This document shows, one piece after another, positions 1-14,599 of a stretch of DNA of 64,000 nucleotides. The translations under genes were made by a program, and so were the position numbers. Numbering within the stretch: the first letter of the stretch is position 1; the number at the start of each line of letters is the position of its first letter. The DNA is from Camelus ferus (lineage: Eukaryota), in assembly GCF_009834535.1 (NCBI RefSeq), contig NC_045696.1, positions 21,640,001-21,704,000 on the forward strand, in the 5' to 3' direction. The notes beneath the pieces are model-generated. The model was not told where the DNA came from and ran no database searches. It worked only from the letters and a program-made list of their open reading frames with translations.

Positions 1-129
1 TCCTTAATTTAGTGTTGCAAGAGACATTTGACCAGAAGAAATGTCACAGATCAAATAATAATTCTTTCTTTCCAGAGAAATATTTCATTATTCTTTGCAA
101 TTGGAGTCAATGAAAGAGAAAATTTTGAG

Positions 130-610
130 ACAATTAAAAATTGTTTTCAGATGATCAAACATGAGTACCAAATGGAAAAGTTCAAAGAAATGTATTGAAT
201 ACTGAAGAAATATAAATCAAGGCCATAAAAGACCAACTGAAAACATTGAGAAATTGGAGGGATAAGCCTATATATTTATATACACACATATATGTGTTTA
301 TATATGAACATTTATTAAGTGTTAAATGTTATCCATATGAAAATAAAGTAAAATTTAAGAGGCATGGATACTAAATCCAGTTTCTCTGTATGCAAATTGG
401 GAATTCTAAAAAGAATTACATAGTCGAAGAAAAGGGATTAATTAAATGAATAATAGGCAGTTCCCTGATTTGAAGAAAGAGTTGAGTAAGCACATTTATT
501 AGGCCAACTTCATGATAAAATATAAATCCCCAGACACACTTTGGTGACACTTTTGAATTTTAAGTATTTAGGAGGAGAGGACATTACAGAGTTACCATGA
601 AAGAAGCTCA
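130..610 (+). mobile_element. Ancient L1/HAL1 ORF1-like fragment
   Basis: A-rich degenerate sequence resembling old L1 ORF1 (TTCCCTGATTTGAAGAAAGA...CCCCAGACACACTTTGGTG); boundaries approximate. Confidence 0.45.
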
Positions 611-1475
611 TGTCCAGTGAGCAAGGCTTTGGTCTTGAACATCACCAAAATCTGCTCCTACATCAGACAAAGGGGTTAAATCAAGAGCAATTAGAACCCC
701 ACATCGCTGACTTTTTCTTGAGAGAAAATAAACCAGTGAATGGAAACGTCCTGTCTTCAATGGGACAGCCTTTGAGGAAATGGGTTTCCACGGAGCAGCT
801 CTGTTTCTGAGAGTCAACTAGTCATAAGTGGCTTGGCTGTTACTAGAGTCCTCTACCAGCTGGGACTAAAACAAATAACTTCTGATTCCCAGAGCACAGT
901 CCAAACAAAGGGTCTGACTGCTTCAGAACAGCCGCTTAATGATACAGAAAAGGTAAGGATTTTCTTTCCTAGTCTTTAGCATTTTGACTTTATTAAATTG
1001 TAATAGCAAGTGAGGTGGGGAAAGAGGAAAATAGGTAGGTCAAGAGTTAGACTAACCAGGATGTTTTGTTGAGGGCTGTGCACATTGACACCCTGATCAA
1101 AATTGGGGTTCTGTTAGCGAAGAAGAAGAGGGGCAGAATTTTGGTTATGCAGGCAATCCTGTCTGCCCCAGATGGACACAAATGAGCAAGTGGCAGGTGG
1201 GGAGCTGAAACATTCTCCGAGGGCTGCTGCAGTGTACACATTCCCTGTTAACATGATGCTGAGAGCAGATCATTTTCTCTGCAAGAACCAAGTAACCAAC
1301 CAGCAAAACTAAGTCACAGTGAAAGGAGTTCCAATAACATCATAATACTCACAAACTCCAAAAGGGATTAATTCACTCTAAATCGGCATGGTGGAGGGTA
1401 GAAATGTTAGTTTATTTTTTTGTTCCATAAAATTTAACTAAAATTTTATTTTGTTGTTTTAATGCCTACTCTTTT

Positions 1476-1560
1476 TCTTATTTATTTATTTATTTATATT
1501 GAAGTATAGTCAGTTACAATGTGTCAATTTCTGGTGCACAGCACAACGTCCCAGTCATAA
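1476..1560 (-). mobile_element. Very short 5'-truncated L1 3' end with TSD
   Basis: (TTTA)n tail followed by TTGAAGTATAGTCAGTTACAATGTGTC (artiodactyl-type L1 terminus); flanked by AATGCCTA(C/T)TCTTTT at 1461-1475 and 1561-1575. Confidence 0.8.
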
Positions 1561-1954
1561 AATGCCTATTCTTTTAATACCTCCTATTTTGACATGGGGG
1601 TAAACTAGGAAGAACTGAAATATATTATCATTATATGATTCATTGGTAAACCATCTGGCAACACATTTTTCCACCACTTTATTTTTCAAATTTTGTCAAT
1701 TATTATGTACAATTTTAGGAGAAGGAAATCTTTGGTGAGCAGGAAATAAGCTGAGTTCACCAGACCTTCATAATGGAGCACATGTGATTGAGGGTACCAA
1801 CTCATCAGAAAGGACGTTTTAATAAAACCAAGAAACAGAAAGTTTTTTAACCAGAGAGTTATTGTCATTGAATTCAGCTCCTCATGGAGTCCCTTGCTCT
1901 ACAGGTCATACTAGTGCCCAGGAGGGCAGCACCCTGCGGCCAAATCATCTTCCC

Positions 1955-2115
1955 TAGGTTGAATCCTGAATCGGCCACTTCCTCGCTAAGTGACAATGGA
2001 CAAGTTAATGAGCCTCTCTATTCCTCGGTGCCCTCCTCCATATAAAAGGAATAGTATTAATTCCTACCTTACAGAATATATATGAGGATTAAATGAAGTT
2101 GTATCTGTAAATTAT
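1955..2115 (+). mobile_element. MIR SINE
   Basis: GTTGAATCCTG...GTGAC..GGACAAGTTA...CCTC...CCTACCTTACAG...TGAGGATTAAATGA MIR core. Confidence 0.7.
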
Positions 2116-5100
2116 AACTAATTAGGGAACCTGTCACTTATCTATATGTGTGTGTGTGTGTATATACATATATTTACGAGTACATATAGTAGTTAAGTAA
2201 GAGCTTATAAAAAAAGCATTGTGTGTTCTTAAAGCTGCAAAAAGAAACAAAGACATCATTACAGAAAAAGATATGTGGGGTAGAAAAGATTTTGTGCAAA
2301 TATTTTGGGAATAAATATATGAATGAAGAGAGATTTTGTTAACATTTGTTCCATTCATAGCTTAGAGCCTGGTGCAGAACCAAAACTCAGTGTTAATGTC
2401 TTTCTCTTTTCCCACCACATAATGCATTCTTGTCATGTTTCACTCAGATCATTAAAGTATTTTGACACCAAGCTTGCTTGAAGCTCAGAATACTGATGTA
2501 TCTGAATCACCAAAATATCCAAGAGAAATGTGTACAAGTATATATTTGGAAGATATTTTTAGACACTTTCACTGAATGTGGAATACGGCAAAACAGTTTT
2601 CCATTAAGATAATACTATGGCAACATTTGAAACTTTGAGAAGTTTTTATCTGCATATATATTTAAATGTTTAAAATGATTTATCTATCTAACTACATAAG
2701 CAGTGACTAAAGACTAATATATAACTTATGAGTCACATTCCATGGAAAACAGTGACAGAAACAGACTCACCCAGGAGAAACCGAAAACACAGAGCTTCTC
2801 CAACAATAGAGATGTTTTAGGTTACTTATGGAAGCTTTTTGCTCAGTTAAGATTTACATGATGTGGCTTCCTTTTTTACCATCTCTTGATTTTTAAATTA
2901 TTTCTTAAAAGTTGAAGAAATATTGCCATCTATGCAGACTTCCTTTAAGCAGCATACAAAGGCAAAGAGCAGGTAAGTTTTGAAAACCAACTCTCTGTAA
3001 TTTTAAATTCAGATTTGACTGGAGTTCTTCTACCAGGAAGATTTGCTGATTGCAACAAAACTTGGATGGCCAATCAATATGAGTGAAAATTTCAATAAGA
3101 ATACTTTTCTGCTGGCACCACTACTCTACCTGTTTCCTTGAAGAGATTTTACTGTCGACATTCCAAAGATGCCTTCCTTTATTTTGGCTTCTTTGTGAAC
3201 AGATACTATTCTGTATTGTATTAGTCATGCATTACTAAGGATTTTTTTTCCCTTAAAATGTCCAGCATCTTATTTTTTCTTTTTGCTTTCTATGAAGGCT
3301 CATTTGTTTAGTTTCTTCATCTTTTCTACTGTTGTATTTACATCAAGAAAACATGAACAGCATGTGACTTAGTAAGTCACTCTTGCTTTTCTGCACTGCT
3401 TTTGTCTAGCTGTTGGATCCCCAGCTCCTTCCCAACCATCAGCTCATAGCTCATAACATTTCATAAAGCAAAATGCATTCATGTGTTCAGTCCTTTTTGC
3501 CCCCACTGCTCCTTTTGTCAGTTCTTTGCATGAATCTGCAGAGTTGGCATTATTTAGCTCTCACTCCGAATTAAACCTATCAGGGACTTGCTTATTTTGT
3601 ACTTCTTATTTTAAGCACAACAGCATCATGGGTTTTATGAATCAAAAGACTAATGAGCCCATCTGTCATATTTTGCAAGAATGTCGTGGTGAATCACTTT
3701 TTCTGACTTTAACTGGCATTGGGAAATGACTGCATGTAAATAGACTCAAGGAGATGTCAAAACAAGAGCGTTGCATAAAGAAATGTCTGTATAGTTTCTC
3801 CACAACGTTTGGCTGGGCTTGGAGCTTTGTTAGACAATTGGGAGAAGTCTGGGCACTGGAGTTTAAGCAAGATTTTCGGATGTGAAGAGAGTGAAAAGCA
3901 TTATGAAAGGGCTGGAGGACAGAATCATCTCTCAAGTTAGCAGAGGTTATGAGGTATGGAAATTACTGCTGAGCTAAATAAAAACCTGAATAATGATAAA
4001 GCCTCAGATAACACTAAGAAACTTTTGATGAAGGATGTTTAAAATACTTGCTTTAAAAGTGGAAAATATAAGTGCTTCCCATTTGAGAACCTGTGAAGGA
4101 ACCCTCTTCCCATTAAAATACTTAGGCAAACTCTTGGTGCCTGGTTGAAACTATTCCTTCTTTTAACTAAAGTGCACTTGAATCTCTCCTTTTTGTTTTG
4201 CTTTGTGATAATGCTTCCAGGAAATTTTTAAGGAGGAAGAGGATGAAGATGAAGATGAGGATGACACAGAATGTCACTAAGTGATCTTAATGTCCCTGGC
4301 ATTATGCTAAACACATTGAGCTATAATCTGTTAATTTCAGGGAAGACTCTCTTTTATAGACAATCATCATCTTTGTTTTATAGACATATGCACCAGTGAG
4401 AGTTCTATTAGGGACAGAGAATCACTGAGCAATATGGAATAAGAAACTCATTTTGGTGATTAGATTCTCACAATTATGAAGGAATGCACAAAAGGAAAGA
4501 TCGGGGAAGGTGCGGTTGGAGGGTCAGAGAAAAGCCACTAACAAGGAACCGTGGACAAGAAGTGGTGAAATCTATAGAAACTATTGCTTCTGCATTTGGG
4601 AGTGGACAGGCTATAGATCAGCAAGGTGAGCGATTATGAATAAAATCTGTACCTAAAATGAGAAAAATGAAAAAGAAATAAGAACCCATGGGGACAAACC
4701 AAAACCCGGGGGATAAACTAAAAGCCATATCTGCTTTTTGTCTTGTTTCTATTGCAACATGGAGCCTTTAGTGACCTGTGGAAGATGCTAGAACTCTTCA
4801 TGTTGGCACTGCATACCAAGTTGTGAGCCAGGCCCACAACTTAAAGAACCAGAAGGAAGTCTGTGCTGGCTGCAGCCCATGCTAATGAGATGAACTAGCA
4901 GTTCAGCTACAAGGTGAGACCTACAGTGATGCTGGGAGCCGAGGCACCAACCTCCAACTTACTAGCCACTGTTTCACATTCACCTTCCAAATCTCATAAA
5001 TTTATTTTGTGGCCAGCCTAGCCTAAAGCTATACCAAGAAGGGCATTTGAAAAATCAAGTTGGAGTTTACCTAAATTGACATATATGAAAACCACTGAGT

Positions 5101-5179
5101 TTAGTGTTTAGATCTAGACTACTTGAATCTATTTCCTGAAACTGGTGTATTTTGGCTCTGATACCTTAGGCTGGTTGGT

Positions 5180-5335
5180 GAAATGTTCTGTGCCTCACTT
5201 TCCACATCTCTCAAATGGGAATAGCAGGAGAACCCAACCCATAGTGTTATTATGAGAATTAAATAAATAAATATGTGTAAAGTTTCTAGAATTACACATA
5301 GCATCGTAAATGATCATTAAATGTCAGTAACTGTC
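5180..5335 (+). mobile_element. MIR SINE
   Basis: TCTGTGCCTCACTTTCCACATCT...AAATGGGAATA...GAGAATTAAATAA...TGTGTAAAG MIR core and 3' end. Confidence 0.7.
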
Positions 5336-6049
5336 TATATTATGTTTTATCTCACTTTACCCTATTTTCAGAATGATCTCAGAAATGATGTCTTAGGATC
5401 TCCTCCAAAATTACATGTTTCTCCTCTGAGTTAGTGCACACGGTGATTTTTTAAAATCATACAAAAGATGACAAAGTATCAAGACTCCAAAGGTTTCACC
5501 TTCCCTTTACTGTCTATTAAGGATAATACATGGCTTTCAGCCCTCTGCCTGAAGGCAGAAACACCAATAGTCTGAGAAGTCTTTTGCTCAAAGCTGGCAT
5601 TGTAATTTTCAGCGGACATGACCAAAGGGATGTGTCAACAATAATTTTTCTTAGGGCAGTGAAGGTTGAACTTAAAGCAGATGATGAAATCTACTTACAG
5701 TCTCCTTGAGACTTAATCCATTATCTTTCTGGGCAAAATTTTATATCAGAAAAATGCTACTCAGACCTTAAACAAAAGAGCAAACTATTCCATAGATAGA
5801 TTAAGGAGAAGTACATTCAATAGGCCGAGAGCGCAGTCCCAAAAGGCATGGAAATTGCAAATATTATCTATTTTTCTTTAATGAAACTGTGTAGTTATCT
5901 TTAAAAAAAAATGCTGACCTCTAGCATGCCTAAATTAAAACACTAGGCTGAATGTTATTAGAACCCTAAGAAAAGGAAAATTGTTACCTGACCAGGCATA
6001 AGAGTATCTGATCTCAATGGAGAACTTTTTTGAAGTTTTCCCTTAACAG

Positions 6050-6180
6050 ACAATTATCATCCCCATTATATTGATGAAGAAACTGACATTCAGAGAAATT
6101 ATGTAAAAAGTATCCACAGTTTTACAGTTAGTAAGAAGAGGCCACGATCTAAACCAAAAGTAGGACTCAAAGCCAACGTT
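6050..6180 (-). mobile_element. MIR SINE
   Basis: ATTATCATCCCCATT...GATGAAGAAACTGA..CAGAGA reverse MIR core. Confidence 0.65.
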
Positions 6181-6594
6181 CTTTTGTTTTTGTTTTTAGC
6201 AAAGAAATGCCTTCCCTTCACAATCAGGACAGAGCACTGAAATCTGCAACCAAAGTCTTGGAACATAAAATTCTAGATTCTTTCATGCAAAGACTGAGAG
6301 CCCATTTGAAGTATTTAATATATTGCATATTTTTATGTCATTACAGGTCACATTAACCCTATATTCGTTTTGTTTCCTGAGATTAGTATTTGTAGCATTA
6401 ATATTTCCAGTATTATTTCCCAAGATTAGTATTTATTAGTATTAATATTCTCAGTAGCATTTATCAGTATGTAGTGTTTCTCAGTATTAGTGGTGTAGTA
6501 TTCAATGGTACGGTGATTCCAACTGGTTATTTAAAATAATAGTTAAAAAGAGAATTTCCAAGTTTCTCCTCAAGCTTATTCTTTGAAAAGTCTG

Positions 6595-6735
6595 TGCTTT
6601 TAGAACTTAAATGTGCATATAAGTTACCTGGGCATCTTGTTAAAATAGAGATTCTTGGTAAATAATTCTGGTGAGATTCTGCATTTCTGACAAGCTTCCA
6701 GATGGAGTTCAGAGACTAAACTTTGCGTGGTAAAG
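6595..6735. mobile_element. MER5-like hAT-Charlie DNA transposon remnant
   Basis: TTACCTGGGCATCTTGTTAAAATAGAGATTCT...GAGATTCTGCATTTCTGACAAGCTTCCAG typical of MER5. Confidence 0.6.
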
Positions 6736-7299
6736 ATATAACCTCTTCATATCCTCTGTAGATACCACTTGGGAGAGAAAGAAAGCCCATTCCCCAGGAA
6801 ACTCTTTGATTATATGTCGCTGGGACTCACTGCAGTGATGTCTGCAATGTAACTAAGACCCAGAGTGACATCTACATGGTGAATCCCACTGGCAGTACCT
6901 TCCTCACTGCCCAAGCCCAGCTATGCTATTTGTACTTCACAGGAAATCAAAGATCAAAAGCTTGTTTCCTGCAGCAGCAAGATCCAGCGTGCTTGTTATA
7001 TGTTACACATCTTAATCCAGTATGGTGTCATCAAGAATAACAATATCACTAAATCAAACTGTTAATTGTTTTAGGTAACATATGGGTTTTACTATGCACA
7101 AGGTCCTGCTGGTGATTGATTTAACTCTCACCACAACCCATGAATTTTTATTACACCTTTTAAATGTTAAAGATCCTTTTTCCAAACCACCTAGAAAAAG
7201 CAAGTTCAATTGATTCTGTCTTCTGTCCAACCACAAAGTACCTCCCAGCTACCTAATAAAGAAATAAAGGAAAGAGATTATAGCAAAGCGAGATAATGG

Positions 7300-7652
7300 T
7301 GTCAAGGACTAAATGTGTTCCTCCAAAATTCATATGTTGAAATCCTAGCTCCCAGTGTTATGGTGTTAGGAAGTGGGAGCCTTTGGGAGAAGATTAGGTT
7401 ATAAAATGAAGCCCTCATGAATGGGATTAGTGCTCTTAAAAAGAGACCCTAGATTCCTCCTTTTCTTTTCTGCCATGTGAGGATACAATGATAAAATGGC
7501 CATCTACAACCAGAAGACGGGCCCCTCCATAACTTGACCATGCTGACACCTTGATCTCAGACTTAAGATTCCAGAACTGTGAGAATTACATTTCTATTCT
7601 TTATAAGCCATCCAGTCTATGGTATTCTGTTGTCACAGCCTGAAATAAGGCA
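7300..7652 (+). mobile_element. MLT1A-like MaLR solo LTR
   Basis: TG...CA ends; CCAAAATTCATATGTTGAAATCCTA, GCCCTCATGAATGGGATTAGTGC and CCAGAACTGTGAGA motifs; near-TSD AATGG/AATAG. Confidence 0.85.
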
Positions 7653-7904
7653 AATAGTGACTTTAGCAATCCTGTTTATCTTACCATAAACTCAATGATG
7701 CTAAAGCTGGCTAACATTGCCTCTTCCAAACCATTCATTCTATAAATGCAGAAGCTAAAACTTGAGGGATTCAGTTAAGTTGTTTAAGTTAACATTATTA
7801 GCAAAATCAAGAAGGGAACTTTAGATTTGTGACTTCTAGTCTGATGTTTAAGAAAGAACAGCACCCTTCTCCTCTCCCTTTGCTTATACATATCTCCACG
7901 ATTA

Positions 7905-8300
7905 CATTGTCAGTCAGGATAGGCTAAGTTATGCTGCATAAGAAAATGACTCTCAGGTCTCAGTGACACACAACAACGAACATCCATTTCTTGCCCATGT
8001 TGCATGCCTACTGTTGGTCAGCTGTGACTCTGCTTCATGGTATCTTCATTTTGTGGTCCAGGTTGACAGAGCAGCCCTATCTGGGAGATTGCTTTTCTCA
8101 TTGCAGAGGGGAAAAATAATGACTTGTTTTTACTCACGTTTCATTAGTCAAAAAAAAGCTCACAACATGGCAGGATGTGTTTTCTACTTTAGGAGGAACA
8201 CTACAAGGGTCATGGTCAAGCTTGATATCAATGGAGCAGAGAAGGACACTTTTGACTAGGGTAGTAAAATAATATTTTTAATGATGCAGTCTTCTACAAT
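7905..8300 (-). mobile_element. Old MLT1 (MaLR) LTR
   Basis: TGTCAGTCAGGATAGGCTAAGTTATGCTGC...TCTCAGTG typical of reverse-oriented old MLT1 LTRs; boundaries approximate. Confidence 0.55.
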
Positions 8301-11300
8301 CACAAATGGTGGGAATTCTGTTGCTTTGGCTTAGATCTAGATATACTGATAGCATACACTCAATAAACAGCCCATAGTCAACCCATTTTCCTTTCCTGCT
8401 GGTTCCAATTTCAACAATGTTTTCTAGAAGAGATTGGTCAGGTTTATTGCAAAGTACTTAAATGAGAGTATACTCTCCTGGAAACTAAACATACAGCTGT
8501 ATGTAGCAGCTGCACTATTTTATAACTATCAAGGGGGTGCCATTTTCCCTGCATCAGCAAGAGGCCACATCTACAGCAGCCCCCAAGCACAGGAAGGTTG
8601 GCTCAAGCTTCAGGTATAGCCTAGCCATCTGATATACACAGGAGGATAATTCCACTCTCCCAAAGATGTGGCCACTGTCGTTTCTAGCTTCATGGCTATA
8701 AAATCATTAGGATTCTACCTCCTTGGGTGTAGAATGACATTCGCATTCCAGTTGGCCACTACAGGTAAAAATGGTAAGAGATGCAGAAAATACCACAGGA
8801 CACTTTTCAGAAGAAGGGACTTAACTCCCTCATGTATGATCCACAGAAGCAGGGTATCCCTTAGACCCTCTATTTTGGGTATAGTTTGCCAGCTGGTACT
8901 AAAGATTAAAGAAATTAATGGATGAAATGAACCCACAGAGGAGGGTGTGTTTGGGAGAGGTGGAGAGAAGGTGTCATTTCTTTTGCCTTAATTGGTTATA
9001 ACTGAGAGAACAAATGAATAGCACAGTTAATTCCCTTTTTGCTGAAGAAAGAGACCAGGATGCCAAGTGACTGTTTTTCTTACATTGCTAGGCACGCTCA
9101 ACATCTCCCAACAACAACTCTGCTAAGGGAAGATCAGCTTTTAAATTTTTTCTAACAAATTCCTCATGAAAAGTACACAGCACTTTGGCAATTATATTCC
9201 AATTATGTTTGTGTGTGTGAATATACGTGTGTTTTGCTTTTGTATGAATGTGTATGTGATTCTGAGTATGTGTTATGTGTATGTGTGATTAGTTCTAATC
9301 ACAATTAGTGATTGTGTGTGTCTGTTTTTATGTGTGTGGATATACATGTGAATAGGTGTGCGTGTGCGTGTTTATATGCATGTAGGTTGCAGTTCTGACT
9401 GAACTGCTTATGATAACAATATTCTCCTAATTATTTTCATAGTATGGACCAATATGCATTGAGCAACATTAGTTCCTGACAATCTATTTCGATCATTTCA
9501 CTAAGAGGTTTATTTTATTTTCTAGATCAGAAACATCTAGAGGATACAGACATCTGAGGGGTTCGGGTCTATTTTTATCACAGGGTTATTAAGCTTAATT
9601 TAACTGAATTGTGAAGTAACAAAACCTTGGTCAGCATAGATGCTAAATTAAGTAGTAGGAACCTTAAAATGTTTCCAAAAATAGTTTTTTCTAAGTAGTC
9701 TTCTGCTATTGAAAAGAAATTAGCTATTTTAATTGCATGCTTTAATTGCAGATTTTAATTACGCAACTGTATTTTGAGATCTCTCTACAGCATCTCTGTT
9801 TATTCTTTATCTCCAGAGTTCTCAATGGGGTTGTCATAGCACCTGCTTATTTGCTGTGGCAGAACTTTTTATATAAGGGAGACAATAGTAGGATTATGTA
9901 AAATGTTGGAATGATTTATTGCTGTCTTCTCACCTTCACAAATCGGAGACTTTTTAATTGAATTTTTAATAACATATTTTTGGTGAAAAGGGTAAAACAA
10001 TCTAAGAGCAGAAGTGTCAAATAGATGGTGATTAGGCTTAACAAGTCCAAAATCTTGACACTATTTTTTGAGAAGTTATATACGAACCTTGGCTGAAATG
10101 TTAGAATCAACATGTTTTTTTTTTATTAGAGTTTATTCTATATCCAATCTCAGTTCAAACTGCTACCTTACACAAAAACATTAATCTTACAATTAACCAA
10201 AATGTGCATTGATATGATCATTTTACCATTATCTTCAAAGAAATAGAAAGTTGGCTGGCATGGTTTACTCCAAATAAACCTAATAAAAGCAGGCTTTGTC
10301 TTCAGAACTAATGTCTTAAAACCTCGTTAAAACAAAATAAAGATCATAGAAAATGTGTCCAAGATAGATAAGTACACCCGAGGTATCAGCAGGATAGGAA
10401 GTGTTTATATTCTTGAATGAATGAGCTTATCATGTCCAATAGCACAAGATAAAGAAAGTCAAAAGCTCTGGATATTTTAAAGTCAAAAACAAAAGACATT
10501 TTTAAAAAGCTTAAGAATACGCTGCAAATAGTTTGTGACTTTATCAAAGGATTTCACATGTTGGCCAAATATTAAAACTTCACAAACTAAAGAATATCAT
10601 CTCTATTTTGTGAATGACATGGATAAATCATAGGGACCCAATGTCCTTCAAACTAGGGAGATGGCAAAACCAGACTCTCAAAACAAATGCCTTATATTAA
10701 CAGTACGTCCACACGTTTCCACTGTCCAAAAGATATTTAGGATGATCTGAATTTTAATCTAGGAGTTCTGGAAAATTAAAGGTTAATATGGAGTATAAAC
10801 ACTTTAAAGTTATAAGAATTAGAAAAATTTTTAAAGAAACCAAGAAGACAAATGACCATGATACCTTAATAATCTAGTGGCAGTCTATTAAGCTCAGAAC
10901 TAACACATTCTGACACTGGAATACTTACTCATGGAAAAGAAAATAAAGTCATTAAAATATTATAATTAAAGAATTTCTACTTTCAAACACACAAGTAAGC
11001 ACTTTCTAAAGATATTTTAAAATCTTTGAGAAGTGCATCATGAATTATATTTAAATTCCTCATCAAAATCCAATAGTTACAGTTTACTGTAGAAGTGAGG
11101 TAAGGAAGTAATAGGTTGGTTAAATAAAACAGATGCTTGTTTTCCTCTCACTATTAGCGCAGATATAAAAGGCCAGGGCATGTGGTTTGGCTCTGCTATT
11201 CACAAGGAACTTCCAAGACCACTACTTTTTCCCATTTTATAGCTTCCAGGAGGAAAGAAGAAAATTCCAGCAAGGCTCCTTAAAGAGGTAATCCAGAGGT

Positions 11301-14300
11301 TGCACCTGCAGCTTTCTCTCATCCCGCCCTCCTGAAATCAAACATATCACCACGTCCAAACTGAAAGACGGATGTTTCTGGTGGCTCACGGGTAAAACTC
11401 AGGGAGTTCCATCACAAAAAGGACAGAGGGAGAAGGAACACAGGAAGAGAGTCATCTCCACCAGAGTTATGTTTATATAAATTTTTTCTTAGATTATGTG
11501 GTCACCCCAATGACCAAATGGAAGAAATCTCAATTAATTTATATTTATCCTGCTTAATTCCTTGTGTCTAACCAACTTTACCAAACTCATGCCTCTATCA
11601 TTGACTTTGTCATCTTAAAATAATAACTTCAAAGCTACATTCCTGGTTACTGCCAGTTATTTTATTTTCAATGTAAATAGTTTCGTCTCTTATCAGTAGC
11701 AGCAAGAAACATCATTAAACACATAATTCTTGTTATAATACATTATTTTAGCAAAAGCTTACTACCTACCTGACCGTGTTCATCGAAGAACTGACAATAA
11801 TAAAGAAGTAAATAAAATCCATATGAAGAAGCTGTGCATTTATCTAGTAAAAAAAAAAAATAATACCAAAAGGATTTATTTGGGTGATATCTAAAAAGAC
11901 ACAGTCATTAAAATGAAGTGCAGAATTTTACATGAGGATTTTGAAGCCCAGATCAAGGCCAAGAACTTCAGTTTCCTTAACTGGATGATCTCTTAATTGG
12001 ATCTTATCTTTGTTCTTGCAGTTAAGAAAGAAAAGAAGACGAGCTTTCTGGAACTGTTTTAATGACAAGACAGTGAAAACTGCTTTAGCAAGTTGATGTG
12101 GGAAACTTACTGTATGGGAAAAGTAAAAGCTTGATGTAAGACTTTGGTGATGCTAGCAGGGCAATTAGATAAAAAAGCACTGAGAAACTTTGACAAGTAG
12201 GCTGACTCCCTTTCAATATCAAAAAATCTTTTGACCTCCAGGCACTAAGATGATTAAAGTTAAAAAGTAACATGGTGAGAGGATAAATCCATCCTGAGCT
12301 ACAGATGTGGCTGCCACGACAATACAAAATCATGGGGTTGTGAATTGGTTAGGATTCTGGATACATGGGGGGTTTCTCTGAAAATGACCTAAACTAGCAA
12401 ACGATAGGGAAGAACATGCTGATATTTTTTCAAAGCTCCCTACTAACCAACTAAGATGATATAAAAAGTGTGGTAACCCCTACTAGGAAAAACCAATCTC
12501 TCCCAGCCTAGTTCATTTTTCTTTCCTGAAATACAGGTCTATTTTTGAATACTGCCATGAATAGAGTTCTCTTATGGAACAGTTAAGTGCTATGCAGTTC
12601 AGCATGTTCTGGTATAATGCCTTTGATTCAAAAGTTTCATAATCCACTTTACAGACAAAAGTAGATTAGGGTGAGATGCCTGGTGAGAGTGACTTTCATA
12701 CGGCAAGGTCCGAAGCCCCGTGTGGAGCGGGAACAAAGGATGAAGAGTTAGGAAGCAGAATTTGCATTAGCAAAGGGAAAGTAAATATGGCTTCACTGCA
12801 GTCAGACAAGAGAAGGATAAAAAGAAGCTGCAACGGGAATGAAAGTCCAGTAGGAAAGATGAAGGAAAAGATCTTAAGACAGTGTGTTTAAAGACATTGT
12901 CTCATGTAGGAGATTTTGAGGTGAATCTTTGAAAGAAATCTGGGAAACAAAGACTTTTTAACATGAAGAGACATTAATCATATCTTTTCTTTTGGCAGGG
13001 AACATAAAAGTCATAAACTCATGAAATTTTAGACATGAAAGTGATTTTAAGATCAATAACTTTGTTCTCCAGATGAGCAAATGGAAGCTCAAAAAGATTT
13101 AGTGAAATGCTCTGGGTTGCATATAAGGGTCCATGCCTACATGTGAAGGTGGGTCTTCTGTCTCCATGTCTAGTGCATTTTTCACAACATCACATCATCT
13201 TCTTTGAATGGTAAACACATTTTTAGCAAGTCAAGGGTAAATTTTTTGTGATTCAAATAGAGTATTTCCGCATGTTAGGGATTTTGTTTTACTATCAACC
13301 TAAAAGTATTAGAAGAATCCAACTACTCTTTGATCAAATGATCAACAGATTACTATTAATTAAAAGGATTTTATTCTCTTCATTTTCAGTTTTCATGTGT
13401 GTATCCTTTAGTAAAATAGTATTCAGCTGAATATATTGTTCATAAATGAACTAACTACAATTGTGTACCCAGACTTTTTCAGATCCAGGAAGCTTTGATA
13501 TGACATCTAAATTAATTTTTGGTACAGTTTTAGATGAATGAAATTGTGGTTTTTAGAAATCACATTGAATAGACTTGTGGGTAAAATCTGAATTAAAGCT
13601 GAAGCTTAAAGCATCCTTCTCTAGAATCTAATTAAATAAGTTATAAACTAGTTATAAGCTAGTGAAAAAGCCACCAGCAGCAAAAAAGCAAAAAAGAAAA
13701 ACAAGAAGAATAACCAAAAAACAAAAATAAGAACACAACAACAAAAACAAAGTTCATGACATATGCTTTGTCCAATAGCAAGAATGTTATGAGGCTTAAT
13801 GTGGCTCTTTTTTCTATCAATCACCTACAAACTGTCTCCTCCCCATCAATGTTGCTGAAAAGAACTCAAAAACATCCTAATTTTCACTAATACTTTGCAA
13901 TTTGCAGAAAAGCAGGTCATATTGGTGTCAGTTGCCCGAGAAAAAGGAGAAACTATCTCAAGACTAGTGAGCCCTAGTGGCCAGTGACAACTAGGGGATC
14001 TCAGTGGAGATGAGAGAAAACCACAGGGCCTTGTGATTTCTCTTTGCTCCTCATCAACTTGTAGGAAATAGTATGCAGTGCAGTCGGTGTCTCATGCAAA
14101 TTCACAAGCAGAATAAACCCCCATATTAGTACAAGGGAACCTTGGCACAGGGTGTTTGACAAATTTGCAAAAGAGAGAAGGGAATATGACGGGTCATACA
14201 AACGTTGTATTTAGCCACCCATGAGTTCATTCTCTTCCCTCAACACCTTCCTCCAACCCCTCAGTTTACAGAAAAGAAAAAAAAAAAATATATATATATA

Positions 14301-14599
14301 TATACACACATCCTATATACTCTTCAAACTGGAGTTCATAGAGATGCAAGGAGAATTCAGCTCCTCTATGGGAAAGCCATGGGAAAGAGCCTAAGCAGGA
14401 TGGTCTAAGTGAACCAGAAACCAAGTAAAAAGAAATAGCAGGGCAGCCATGCAAATATACCTCTGAAGGAAAGAGGCAAGGGAGGGGGGGAGAAGAGAAA
14501 AGTATATAAAATGTTGCCCCCAAAATCTGACTCTTATCTAAAAGCAAATTCAACCAAAGGGAAGTTTTCTACAGTACTATTTATTATAAGATCAGTTAA

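Noticed and set aside
3364..3380. Palindrome GTGACTTA-G-TAAGTCAC as a dimeric TF site
   Set aside because: Resembles the self-complementary MIR core (TGTGAC...AAGTCAC); too short to support a function.
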